A stretch of DNA of 64,000 bases, taken from the NCBI GenBank assembly GCA_903928895.1, contig CAIYSR010000001.1, positions 1 through 64,000 of the forward strand, in the 5' to 3' direction. Source of the stretch: an uncultured Rhodospirillales bacterium. Its GTDB lineage: Bacteria > Pseudomonadota > Alphaproteobacteria > Acetobacterales > Acetobacteraceae. The notes beneath the pieces are model-generated. The model worked only from the letters and a program-made list of their open reading frames with translations, was not told where the DNA came from and did not search any database. The number at the start of each line of letters is the position of its first letter. Position 1 is the first letter of the stretch. Shown in pieces: positions 8,876 through 17,826 of this stretch. The position numbers and the translations under genes were made by a program.

Positions 8876-11386
8876 ATGGGTCAGCCGATGCCCTCCTTCC
8901 GGCTGGCCGGCTGGCGCGTCGGCAGCGTGGTGCTGCTCATGATGGTGGCGGTTACGCTGACGATGATCGCCTACATGGTGTCGCAGGGCGCGTCGACCGC
9001 GACGGCGATCAAGCGCGAGGCGCTCGATCAGATCGCGGCCGAGGCGGAGCGGCGTGCCGGTGCGCTGGAACGGCGCTTCCTGCTGTACGATGCGCTGCAT
9101 GGGCTTGCCCGCGCAGTACTGGCCGGCCGGCTCGAGTTTAAGGGCTATGATGGACCGTCTTATCGGGCCGCGGCGGCCGAGATCCGGTCCAACCTCTCCC
9201 GCCCGGCCGCGCAGGTGCGCGCGGTCGGGGCGACCGATGCGCAAGGGCTTATGGCCTGGTATTCCGACGACATGGAGCTGGGTGCCACCACGGTGGCCGA
9301 CCGTCCGTTTTTTCAGGCGATCCGGAACGGCGCGGTCCAGGTCTTCCTGGGCAGTCCGGTGCTCGGGCGGTTCACCGGGCAGATCATGACCCACTACGCC
9401 AAGGGGGTCTATTCCGTGGACGGCCGGCTCCAGGGGGTCACGGTGCTGACGATCGATCCGCAGACGCTGACTGGCATGCGGGCGCCGATCATCGCCGGCC
9501 GGGCGCAGGTGTCGGCCCTGTTCGCCGCCGACGGGACGCTCATCAGCAGCACCGAGGCCGATGGTGTCACGCTGCCCGCGGCGGCGTTGACGGAGGTACG
9601 AAGCCGGGGCCGGGCCAGTCTCGATGCCGTCAGCGATACCGGGCGAAACTACCATATCGGTTTGCACCGGGCGACGGAGCTGGGCCTGATCGTTGCGATA
9701 ATGGTAGATTTTGCAGCGATCGACGCCAGTGCGGAGGCGGCGCTCACCCGGCTCGAGACGGATGTGCTGACCGCCTGGAGCGTGGCGATCGGGTTGCTGG
9801 TGGCGAGCCTGATCGCGGTTCATTCGGCGCAGCGCCGGCAGGCGGAGGCGCGCGAGCGGACGGAGGCGGAGCACGGGCTGGCGCGTCTCACCGAGCTTGC
9901 CGAGAGTCTCCAGGATATGGTGGTGGTGTGGGAGGAGGATGGCCGGCCCGGGGGGCGGCGGTTCACCTATGTCTCGCCGTCGTCGATGGGATTGCTCGGC
10001 GTCGAACCGGAGGCCCTGTGCGCGGAACCCCGGCTTCTCCGGTTCCATGCCGACGATGTGGGCCGGCTGCGCGAGCGCCTGACGCTGACCCGGCGCGGCG
10101 AGAACGATGGCAGCCCCGAGCAGTATCGATTGCTCCGCCGGGACGGTTCCCCGGTCTGGGTGGAGGTGGTGTCGAGCCGGGTTGCCCGCAATCTGACCGG
10201 CGGCGGCCCGCACCGTTTCGTTTCGTGTTTCCGCGACATCAGCGCCGGCCGCGCCGCCGAAGCCGCCCTGGCCGAGGCCAACCGGCGGCTCGAGAGCGTC
10301 ACCACCAACAGCCCGGCGACGCGCTACGAGGTGCGAGGCCGGGTGCTGCCCGATGGCAGCTTCGCATTGCAGAGGCAGTTCATTGCCCGCAGCGCTGCGC
10401 GCGTCAGCGGCTACACGATGGAGGAGTTGGAGACTCCTGGATTCATCGCCTCGGTCACGCGCGGGTTCCTCGATCAGCGCCCGGCCTTCGTCGGCCAGGT
10501 CATCGCCGAGGGGCGCAGCGTCATGGACTATACCATGCGCCGGCGCGACGGGACGGATATGAGGGTGCGCGACACCTGCTTCCTCACCAGCCGCGATGGG
10601 ACCGATGTGGTGATGACCGGCTTTGCCGCCGATGTCTCGGAGGAGGCGCTGTTGCGCGAGCAATTGCTCGAGACCTCGAAGCTCTCCTTCCTCGGTGAGA
10701 TGGCCGCGGGGATTGCGCATGAGTTGCATCAGCCCTTGGCCGCGATCGAGCTGCATGCGGAGACGCTCGCGCTTGAAATTCCTGCCGCCTTGGCGGAGCG
10801 CGCCAAGGTGGTGGCCCGGGTCGCGAAGATCAGCGCGCTGGTGGAGCGGGCGGGCTCGGTGATCCGCCGCATTCGAGCCTTCAGCCGGCGCGACCCCGCG
10901 GCGGCGGCGCCGTTTGATCCGGCGGTGGCGATCGACGACGGGCTGGCGATCATCGAGCGGCGGATCGCGGATGGGCGGGTTGCGGTGATCCGGCGCTATC
11001 CGGACGAGGCGGTGCGGGTGTTGGGCCACCAGGCGCCGTTCGAGCAGGTGATCATGAATCTCGTGACCAATGCGGTGGACGCATATGGACCGCCGACGGG
11101 GGGGGAGGCGGCCCGGCTGGTGACGGTCACGGTGGCGCGCAGCGCGGAGGGTGTGGAGATCACGGTCGCCGATCGTGCCGGGGGCATTTCGCCGGCCGCA
11201 ATGGGCCGGTTGTTCGAGCCGTTCTTCACCACCAAGCCGCAAGGGGTGGGCACCGGGCTTGGCTTGTCGATCTCCTACCGCATTGTGCACGACATGGGGG
11301 GACGGATCAGGGCCGATAATCGTGATGGCGGCGCGGTGTTCACGGTGGTGCTGCCGGCTGTCTTATCGACCGGGGCTGACCTATGA
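8876..11386 (+). CDS. Sensor histidine kinase with periplasmic Cache-like sensor, PAS domains, HisKA and HATPase_c.
   Basis: N-terminal TM, a second TM around aa 300, PAS-like segments, H-box GIAHELHQPL, and G1/G2 boxes (GTGLGLSIS). Confidence 0.85.
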   Translation: MGQPMPSFRLAGWRVGSVVLLMMVAVTLTMIAYMVSQGASTATAIKREALDQIAAEAERRAGALERRFLLYDALHGLARAVLAGRLEFKGYDGPSYRAAAAEIRSNLSRPAAQVRAVGATDAQGLMAWYSDDMELGATTVADRPFFQAIRNGAVQVFLGSPVLGRFTGQIMTHYAKGVYSVDGRLQGVTVLTIDPQTLTGMRAPIIAGRAQVSALFAADGTLISSTEADGVTLPAAALTEVRSRGRASLDAVSDTGRNYHIGLHRATELGLIVAIMVDFAAIDASAEAALTRLETDVLTAWSVAIGLLVASLIAVHSAQRRQAEARERTEAEHGLARLTELAESLQDMVVVWEEDGRPGGRRFTYVSPSSMGLLGVEPEALCAEPRLLRFHADDVGRLRERLTLTRRGENDGSPEQYRLLRRDGSPVWVEVVSSRVARNLTGGGPHRFVSCFRDISAGRAAEAALAEANRRLESVTTNSPATRYEVRGRVLPDGSFALQRQFIARSAARVSGYTMEELETPGFIASVTRGFLDQRPAFVGQVIAEGRSVMDYTMRRRDGTDMRVRDTCFLTSRDGTDVVMTGFAADVSEEALLREQLLETSKLSFLGEMAAGIAHELHQPLAAIELHAETLALEIPAALAERAKVVARVAKISALVERAGSVIRRIRAFSRRDPAAAAPFDPAVAIDDGLAIIERRIADGRVAVIRRYPDEAVRVLGHQAPFEQVIMNLVTNAVDAYGPPTGGEAARLVTVTVARSAEGVEITVADRAGGISPAAMGRLFEPFFTTKPQGVGTGLGLSISYRIVHDMGGRIRADNRDGGAVFTVVLPAVLSTGADL

Positions 11387-11410
11387 ACGCTGGGTCAACC
11401 CTGGTCGGCA

Positions 11411-12391
11411 TCAGTTCGCCTTGAGATTGGCGGCGCGCCGCGGCCGGAAGGGGGTGGCGGCGCGGGCGGTGATGATGGCGGGGAAGTCGGGTTGCAGGGC
11501 CGCGATATCGGCCGCCGCGAGGTCGCGCAGGATCAGGACGAGGCCGGATTCGGCGGTGCCCGTGAACCGGCGCGGCGCGTCGAAGGTGCTGCCGACGGCC
11601 TGGAACAGCAGGCGCCCGGGGATGTCGGCGGGTTGCAGCACGCCCTTCATCCGCAGCAGCCGATCACCGGCGAGGCCCGAGAGGTTCTCCAGCCATTCGA
11701 GGATGGCATCGATGCCGGCGCCTTCGATGCGGGCGGTCATCACCGCAATGCGGGGATGACCCGGCGCGGTGTCCGTCAGTGATCCTGCGGCTGCTTCGGT
11801 GGTGAAGGCGCGCAGGGCGCGCCGGGCGGGATCGGGTTCGACCAGCCGGGCGGCCAGCGGGTTGACGGCGCCGAGGCGGGTGTCGAGGGCGGCGATATCG
11901 GCTTGGTTCGCCCGATCGAGCTTGGTCAGCACCAGCACGCCGGCGGCGGTGACCTGGGCGGCGGCGGTCTCGAAGCCGTCCTTTTCCAAGATTGGGGCCG
12001 CGGCGTCGCAGGTGGCGATGACGCTGACGCGCATGCCGAGCGGGCCGAGCTCGCCGAGCGAGCGGATGATCGGGCCGGGCTGGGCGAGGCCGCTGGTTTC
12101 GAGCACGATGCGGCGAAAGGGCGACAGCCCGGCCTGCGCGCGCGCGGCGACCAGGGCCTCGATGGTGTAGAGCAGGTCGTTGGCGATGGAGCAGCAGACG
12201 CAGCCGTTGGCGAGCATGGCCATCGGCAGGTCGCCGGCGTCGGCGGCGATGATCGCGCCGTCGATGTCGATCTCGCCGGCTTCGTTGACGATCACGGCGG
12301 TGTCGGCGGCTTCGGGATGGCGGAGGAAGCCAGTGAGGAGGGTGGTTTTGCCGCTGCCGAGGAAGCCGGTGAGGAGGATGAAGTCGGTCAT
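11411..12391 (-). CDS. COG0523 / CobW-family G3E GTPase, a putative zinc metallochaperone.
   Basis: GFLGSGKTTLL P-loop, CxCC motif (GCVCCS) and CobW-like C-terminus. Confidence 0.85.
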   Translation of the reverse strand: MTDFILLTGFLGSGKTTLLTGFLRHPEAADTAVIVNEAGEIDIDGAIIAADAGDLPMAMLANGCVCCSIANDLLYTIEALVAARAQAGLSPFRRIVLETSGLAQPGPIIRSLGELGPLGMRVSVIATCDAAAPILEKDGFETAAAQVTAAGVLVLTKLDRANQADIAALDTRLGAVNPLAARLVEPDPARRALRAFTTEAAAGSLTDTAPGHPRIAVMTARIEGAGIDAILEWLENLSGLAGDRLLRMKGVLQPADIPGRLLFQAVGSTFDAPRRFTGTAESGLVLILRDLAAADIAALQPDFPAIITARAATPFRPRRAANLKAN

Positions 12392-12400
12392 GAGGGAAGG

Positions 12401-12517
12401 GCTTCTTTTTTTGTAAAAAAAGAAGCAAAAAAACTTTTCCCCGCTGGGACCGAGTGGTTGATACGGCTCGGTCCCACGCGGATAGAAGTTTTTTGGTTCT
12501 TTTTTTCAAAAAAGAAC
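12401..12517. repeat. Symmetric palindrome complex: AT-only inverted repeat, GC hairpin, second AT-only inverted repeat.
   Basis: 12401-12426 gcttcttttttt-gt-aaaaaaagaagc is a perfect inverted repeat. 12446-12475 gggaccgag(N12)ctcggtccc is a hairpin. 12496-12517 gttcttttttt-c-aaaaaagaac is near-perfect. The three elements are spaced about 47 bp centre to centre. Confidence 0.75.
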
Positions 12518-12521
12518 ACGC

Positions 12522-14153
12522 TTACTTCTTCGAATCCTGCGCCATCTTTTCAACGTCATCCAGAAGCTGCCGCGTATCGAACACCAGCCCGTCCTTGATG
12601 GTGGTGGACAGGCAGTGCGTCCAGTCGACGGCGCCGGTGGTTTCGTTCATGCGCATCGCGCCGGTGCCGTAGAGCATCTTGAAGTCAGACAGCGGGTTCT
12701 GGTCGTGGACCAGGATATCGGCGCGTTTGCCGACTTCGAGCGTGCCGGTTTCATCGCCGACGCCGAGCAGGTCGGCGGCGTGTGAGGTGGCGGCGCGCAG
12801 AACTTCGAGCGGGTGGAAGCCGGCTTCCTGAAGGAGCTCGAACTCGCGCATCAGGCCGAAGCCGTAGAGCTGGAAGATGAAGCCGGAATCGGAGCCGGTG
12901 CAGACGCGGCCGCCGCGGTTCTTGTAGTCGTTGATGAACTGCATCCAGTTGCGATAATGGGCTTTCCAGTCGAGCTCGTTCTGGGTGGTCCAGCGGGTCC
13001 AGTAGGAGCCGTGGGCGCCGCGGGCGGGCTGGTAGAACTTCCATACGGTGTCGTGGGTGTAGCGCTCGTGCCAGTCGGCGCGGCGGGCGCGCATGACGTC
13101 GCGGTTGGCCTCGTAGATGTTGAAGGTGGGCACGAAGGTGAAGCCAGCTTCGAGGAAGGCATCCAGGGTGTCGTTCCATTTCTGGCTGCCGGGCTGGGCG
13201 GCCTGCTGGAACATCTGGCCGGCGACGGAGAAGCGAAGATATTCGTCGCCGTAGTTGTAGTGGTCGGGGAAGTTCTGGATCGTGGTGGTCTCGAACAGCG
13301 CCTCGGGCAGCCCGTAGTAGTGCTCGGCGCTGGTGAGGCCCCAGCGGGCGGTGGTGAGCGCGTTCATCCGGCTGACGGCGAGCTGGGCGTGGTGGCAGCA
13401 GGTGCGCAGACCCTGGAGTTTCGCTTCGTCGAGCGCGGCCTCCATGATGTTGGGTGGGGCGCCGAAGAACTTGATGCCGTCGGCGCCCTTGTCCTTGATG
13501 GCGCGCACCCAGTCCCGCGCCTGGGCGGGCGTGAAGATGGTTTTCATCATGTCGGGCACAGCGGGGAAGTAGGAATGCACGACCAGATTGGGGGCGGCGA
13601 TTTCGTTGCGGGCGGCGCGCTGCTTCTGGTCGAGCGTCCAGGCCAGACCGTTGAGGCAGCCGGCCTCGCGCACGGTGGTGACGCCATGGGCGAGCCAGAG
13701 CTTGTAGACGTAGTCGGCCGGCGGCATCGGCCCGTTGGCGGCGTGGTAGGCGACGCCGACATGGCCGTGGCAGTCGATAAAGCCCGGGGTGACGAACTTG
13801 CCTTCGCAGTCGATCTCATGATCGCCTTGGGCTGGGCGGCCGTTGGGCTTGATTTTCACGCCCGGCGTGCCGACGCGCTGGATCTCGGCGATCCGCCCGC
13901 CCTCGACGACGATATCGACGGGACCCCAGGGGGGCGCGCCGGTGCCGTCGAGCACGGTGGCGCCGCGCAGGACGAGGCGCCGGAACGGACCCAGACCGCG
14001 ATCCCGCGTGGTGGCGGGCGCCGGGGTGGGCATGTTGGCCTGGGCGAAGCGGGAGATGGCCTCCTCGCCGATCTGGATCGCGGTCATGTTGGGCTCCTGC
14101 AGCGGCGCCCGGAGTGTGGCGCCACTTCCCGGCGAAGGGAAGCGGCGCAGCAC
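12522..14153 (-). CDS. Metal-dependent amidohydrolase family protein.
   Basis: HGH metal-binding motif near the N-terminus (FIDCHGHVG) and TIM-barrel amidohydrolase-like length. The start could instead be the internal M at 14087. Confidence 0.75.
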   Translation of the reverse strand: MLRRFPSPGSGATLRAPLQEPNMTAIQIGEEAISRFAQANMPTPAPATTRDRGLGPFRRLVLRGATVLDGTGAPPWGPVDIVVEGGRIAEIQRVGTPGVKIKPNGRPAQGDHEIDCEGKFVTPGFIDCHGHVGVAYHAANGPMPPADYVYKLWLAHGVTTVREAGCLNGLAWTLDQKQRAARNEIAAPNLVVHSYFPAVPDMMKTIFTPAQARDWVRAIKDKGADGIKFFGAPPNIMEAALDEAKLQGLRTCCHHAQLAVSRMNALTTARWGLTSAEHYYGLPEALFETTTIQNFPDHYNYGDEYLRFSVAGQMFQQAAQPGSQKWNDTLDAFLEAGFTFVPTFNIYEANRDVMRARRADWHERYTHDTVWKFYQPARGAHGSYWTRWTTQNELDWKAHYRNWMQFINDYKNRGGRVCTGSDSGFIFQLYGFGLMREFELLQEAGFHPLEVLRAATSHAADLLGVGDETGTLEVGKRADILVHDQNPLSDFKMLYGTGAMRMNETTGAVDWTHCLSTTIKDGLVFDTRQLLDDVEKMAQDSKK

Positions 14154-14156
14154 CGT

Positions 14157-15404
14157 CTACTTTACAGGGGCAGGGGTCGCCTTGAGCAGGGTGTCGAGCA
14201 GCACGCCGAGTTGCGGCGGCAGACCGACGATAGTGGTGGGCAGCTTGCCGTCGCTCTTGGTGCCGAAATCGCGCAGCGCCTGGGCGGCGGCGAGCGACTG
14301 GATGGTGGCGGCGTAGGGGGCGAGGGCGGCGGCGATGGCCTCGTCCTGGCTGGCGATGTAGCGCCGGTTGACGGCGGCCTGGATCTCGCGATCGAAGTTG
14401 AAGGTATCGGCCCAGCCAAGGAAGTCGATGGTGATGCCGATGGCGGCAAAATAGGGCACGATGAGCTTGGTGGCGGTATCCTTGATGACCTTCGCTTCCG
14501 CGTTCACCTGGTCGAAGGTGCGGGAGGTGACCTGGTCGCAGATCACCTCGGAGACCTTTTTGCGCCCAAAATCGTCCATCACCTCCTTTACGCCGCGGCT
14601 GTAGTAGACCGAGTTGAAGATGACGCGCGGGTCGGAGCGGTCCCCCTGGGGCGGTTTGACGCCGAAGCGGTAGAGGTATTTCGCGGCGTCCGCCTCGGTG
14701 ACGGAGGCGCCGATGGCGACGCCGACGGTGACGTTCAGGCCCTCCTTGCTTTGGCAGGGGAAGCCCTCCTTGAGGCGGGAGGTGCCGCGATCGGCCGCAT
14801 CCACCCATTCGCGCGAGAAGGGGGTGCGGTCGACGATGATCAACCGCCCGGCCGGCACGTAGAAGTCGAAGAAGCCGCCGGAGCCGGAGAGCTTGGTGTG
14901 TGGCACGATGAAGCGCTTGAGCGAGACCTTGTTGGCATTGAGAAAGGCCTCGGTCTCGAACTGGGCCTGGGTGTCCTTGTTGGCGCCGGCATCGGGGATC
15001 CAGAAGGCGCTCTCGTTGGGCAGGATGGTGTAGGCCTCGGTGAAATCGGTTTTGTCGTAGTAGGCCGCGGCGGGGGCGGGCAGGAACGGCAGGGCCAGGG
15101 CGGCGGCGAACAGCCAGCGCCGGATCGGCTGCCACCAGATCGCGGCGAGCACGGCGAGCAGGGCGATGACGGGAACGCCGATCTGGCTGAATGCCGCGAT
15201 GCCCAGCATCGAACCGACATAGGCGGTGTCGCTGTTGGCGAATTGTCCGCCGGCCGCTTCGGCAGTCAGCAGGGTCGCGACCGGATGGAGGATACGGTTC
15301 ACTCCGGCGACGGCGATCACTGCGAGGACGCTCCAGACGATCCGCATGGCCATGCCCTTGCCGCCCTCGTGGCGGGCCGGGCCAGGGAGAAACACCTCGT
15401 TCAT
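14157..15404 (-). CDS. Membrane protein with about 4 N-terminal TM helices and an SPFH/band-7-like soluble domain (putative).
   Basis: Hydrophobic N-terminus. The C-terminal segment GITIDFLGWADTFNFDREIQAAVNRRYIASQDEA resembles the SPFH core. Its stop lies 4 bp from the amidohydrolase start. Confidence 0.5.
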   Translation of the reverse strand: MNEVFLPGPARHEGGKGMAMRIVWSVLAVIAVAGVNRILHPVATLLTAEAAGGQFANSDTAYVGSMLGIAAFSQIGVPVIALLAVLAAIWWQPIRRWLFAAALALPFLPAPAAAYYDKTDFTEAYTILPNESAFWIPDAGANKDTQAQFETEAFLNANKVSLKRFIVPHTKLSGSGGFFDFYVPAGRLIIVDRTPFSREWVDAADRGTSRLKEGFPCQSKEGLNVTVGVAIGASVTEADAAKYLYRFGVKPPQGDRSDPRVIFNSVYYSRGVKEVMDDFGRKKVSEVICDQVTSRTFDQVNAEAKVIKDTATKLIVPYFAAIGITIDFLGWADTFNFDREIQAAVNRRYIASQDEAIAAALAPYAATIQSLAAAQALRDFGTKSDGKLPTTIVGLPPQLGVLLDTLLKATPAPVK

Positions 15405-15557
15405 CCGCCATCTCCTTCAGGCTGGACGCCCCTGCGGGCGCAGATGACGCGTCGTTTAGCATGTTTTCGCAGCGCGCTCATCCTTTGACGGCGGGGGCGA
15501 TCGGCCGTAACCAGCACTTTTTCGTGCCGCAGAGCGGCCGAGTTGGGAGATCGAGAC

Positions 15558-15782
15558 ATGTCGGACGACGTCGTGGTGCGCGATTGCAACGGAACCGCCC
15601 TGGCCGACGGGGATTCTGTCCAGGTCATCAAGGATCTCAAGGTGAAGGGAACGTCGGCGACGCTCAAGCGCGGCACGTTGATCAAGAACATCCGGGTGAC
15701 CGGCCAGGAAGGCCTGATCGAGTGCAATGCCGAGAAGATCAAGGGGCTGGTGCTCAAGACCGAGTTCCTCAAGAAGGTCTGA
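15558..15782 (+). CDS. PhnA/YjdC-like small protein (alkylphosphonate-utilisation operon protein PhnA C-terminal-domain family).
   Basis: 74-aa translation MSDDVVVRDCNGTALADGDSVQVIKDLKVKG...KIKGLVLKTEFLKKV matches the PhnA domain pattern. Confidence 0.6.
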   Translation: MSDDVVVRDCNGTALADGDSVQVIKDLKVKGTSATLKRGTLIKNIRVTGQEGLIECNAEKIKGLVLKTEFLKKV

Positions 15783-15788
15783 CCACCC

Positions 15789-16679
15789 CTACGCGGCCTT
15801 CGCCGCTGGCAGCAACAGCACGCAGCCGGCGGCGGCCAAGACGAGGGCGAACCCGACGAAATCGAACGCCGACGGGCGGTCTCCCACCAGCAGCATCGCG
15901 CTCGATACCCCGACCACGGGGACCATCAGCACGCCGAGCGCGGCGGTTGCAGCCGGCAGCCGGGCCACGACCTCGAACCACACGACGTAGGACAGCGCGG
16001 TGCCGAAGATCACGTTGTAGGCAAGGCCGAGGCCGGCCTGCCAGTGCTCGGGCATCAGCCGCGGGGTGCCGCCGAACAGGAACAGACCGGCCACCGCGGC
16101 GATGCCGCCGGCGGCAAGCTGCCATCCTGCGACGACGAAGGGGTCGGCCACCACGCCCGCCCATTTCACGTAGACGGTTCCGGCCGCCCAGCTCAATGCG
16201 GCGCCGAGGGCGAACCACATGCCCAGCGGGATCGCCCCGCCGAGGAACGGCACCACCAGCGCGGCCAGCCCGAGCGCGCCGAGCAGCAGTGCCACCCGGC
16301 GGACCGGGTCGAGCCGTTCGCCGAGCACCAGCCAGGCCAGGAAGGTCACCCACAGCGGCATGGTGTAGGCGATGATCGCCACCCGGGTGGTCGTGGTGCC
16401 GAGCTGGCCGAACGAGGAGAACAGGTTGAACCCGGCCAGATTGAGCAGCCCGGCGACCAGGAGGTGCCAGCGATCCCGCGGGCGGGCCACCCGGACGCTG
16501 CCGCCGCGGGCGGCGGCGATGCCGAGCAGCACAGCGGCCCCGGTCCACAGCGCGATGGAGCGGAACATCCAGGGCGAATAATCCATCAGCGCCATCCGCG
16601 CCGCCGGCCAGTTCAACCCCCACATCAGCCCTAGCGCCGCTACCATGAGCTTCGAACGCAGGCTGACCGGCGCGGTCAT
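15789..16679 (-). CDS. EamA/DMT-family transporter, 10 TM.
   Basis: Two EamA repeats. Its ATG at 16677-16679 overlaps the TGA of the upstream cyclase gene (ATGA). Confidence 0.8.
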   Translation of the reverse strand: MTAPVSLRSKLMVAALGLMWGLNWPAARMALMDYSPWMFRSIALWTGAAVLLGIAAARGGSVRVARPRDRWHLLVAGLLNLAGFNLFSSFGQLGTTTTRVAIIAYTMPLWVTFLAWLVLGERLDPVRRVALLLGALGLAALVVPFLGGAIPLGMWFALGAALSWAAGTVYVKWAGVVADPFVVAGWQLAAGGIAAVAGLFLFGGTPRLMPEHWQAGLGLAYNVIFGTALSYVVWFEVVARLPAATAALGVLMVPVVGVSSAMLLVGDRPSAFDFVGFALVLAAAGCVLLLPAAKAA

Positions 16680-17740
16680 CAGACGGTTGCCACCGGCGTG
16701 GCGGGTGAGCCCACGGCGCCGGGGAGCCGCAACGGCGGCGCGGTCAGCAGGAAGCGGTTGCGCCCGTTCGCGCGCAGCCAGTCCGCCAGTTCCGAGTGGT
16801 ACCACATCTCGCCGAGGTAGCAGCCGAGCTTGAACAGGCAATGCGCGTGCAGGGGCAGCATGGCGCAGGGGTCGGAACCGGCATAGGCCCGCGCCGGCTG
16901 GGCTTCCACGGCATAGTTGTCCGCCAGCATGGCCACCGCGCCGCTGTCGGTGATCCATTGCAGCAGCCGCTCGTCCCGCCCATCGAGCGCGGAGGTGGTG
17001 TTGAACAGGACGTCGCGATCGGGCTGTTTTTTCATGTCGAGCAGGAGCTGGGCGAAGCCGGTGCGGATGCAGACCATGTCCCCCGGCTCGACGATCACCT
17101 GGTCCCGCTCCAGCACTGCCATCCAGTCCTCATAGCCGACGACCTTGCCGCTGCGGCCGAAATGGGCCTCGAGGTCCACCATGACCGCACGCCCCTGCAC
17201 GCAGGTCTTGGCCATGTTTTCCACGCCGAGGTGGCGAGCGCCGACATGCTGACCCGATTCCGTCGGGGTGTCCTGCCCCTTGGCGTCCCACACCACGGGG
17301 CCGACGATGTCCACCCCGGCGCGGTAGCCGTTGTAGTAGACATCCTCGGGCAGGCCGTCCCCGTCGACGTCGAACATCTGGCCAACATGGGCCAGCGAGT
17401 CCCATTGCGTCGAATATTGCAGCGTCAGCAGCACCTGGTCGTCGCAGATTACGTCAAGCGCAAGGGGGTCGAAGCAGCGCAGCGGCACGTTCATGTTGGG
17501 CTTGCCCTCGCGCATCGTCGGCCGCAGTTCGGGGGGCGGGCGGCGCGGGTTGACGATCTGACCACCGGGGTAGTCGAGCGGCAGCGAGAGGCAGAAGTTG
17601 CGCCCGGTCTTCACTTCGGCGATGCCTTGCAGGACCTTCGCGGGGGTGAGCAGGTTGAGCCGGCCGAGTTGGTCGTCCGGCCCCCAGTCGCCCCAGGTCG
17701 AGCCCTGCGGGCGGCGTGTCCAGCGTGGGTTTTGGCTCAT
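16679..17740 (-). CDS. Cyclase-family protein (kynurenine-formamidase-like, COG1878).
   Basis: Length and motif pattern (HxGTHxDAP-like region degenerate) are typical of putative cyclases. Translationally coupled to the EamA transporter. Confidence 0.7.
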   Translation of the reverse strand: MSQNPRWTRRPQGSTWGDWGPDDQLGRLNLLTPAKVLQGIAEVKTGRNFCLSLPLDYPGGQIVNPRRPPPELRPTMREGKPNMNVPLRCFDPLALDVICDDQVLLTLQYSTQWDSLAHVGQMFDVDGDGLPEDVYYNGYRAGVDIVGPVVWDAKGQDTPTESGQHVGARHLGVENMAKTCVQGRAVMVDLEAHFGRSGKVVGYEDWMAVLERDQVIVEPGDMVCIRTGFAQLLLDMKKQPDRDVLFNTTSALDGRDERLLQWITDSGAVAMLADNYAVEAQPARAYAGSDPCAMLPLHAHCLFKLGCYLGEMWYHSELADWLRANGRNRFLLTAPPLRLPGAVGSPATPVATV

Positions 17741-17826
17741 CTCGGTCTCCCCGGCGTATTGTGGCGGGTCCGAGCGTAGAGCGGAACGCGGTGCAGCGGA
17801 ACCGGTCCGGACGCGGGCGTGGCGGC

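Noticed and set aside
15769-16623. 284-aa minus-strand ORF overlapping the EamA gene in another frame.
   Set aside because: It has Arg/Pro/Gly-rich junk composition. The EamA frame gives a clean 10-TM transporter with ATGA coupling to the upstream gene.
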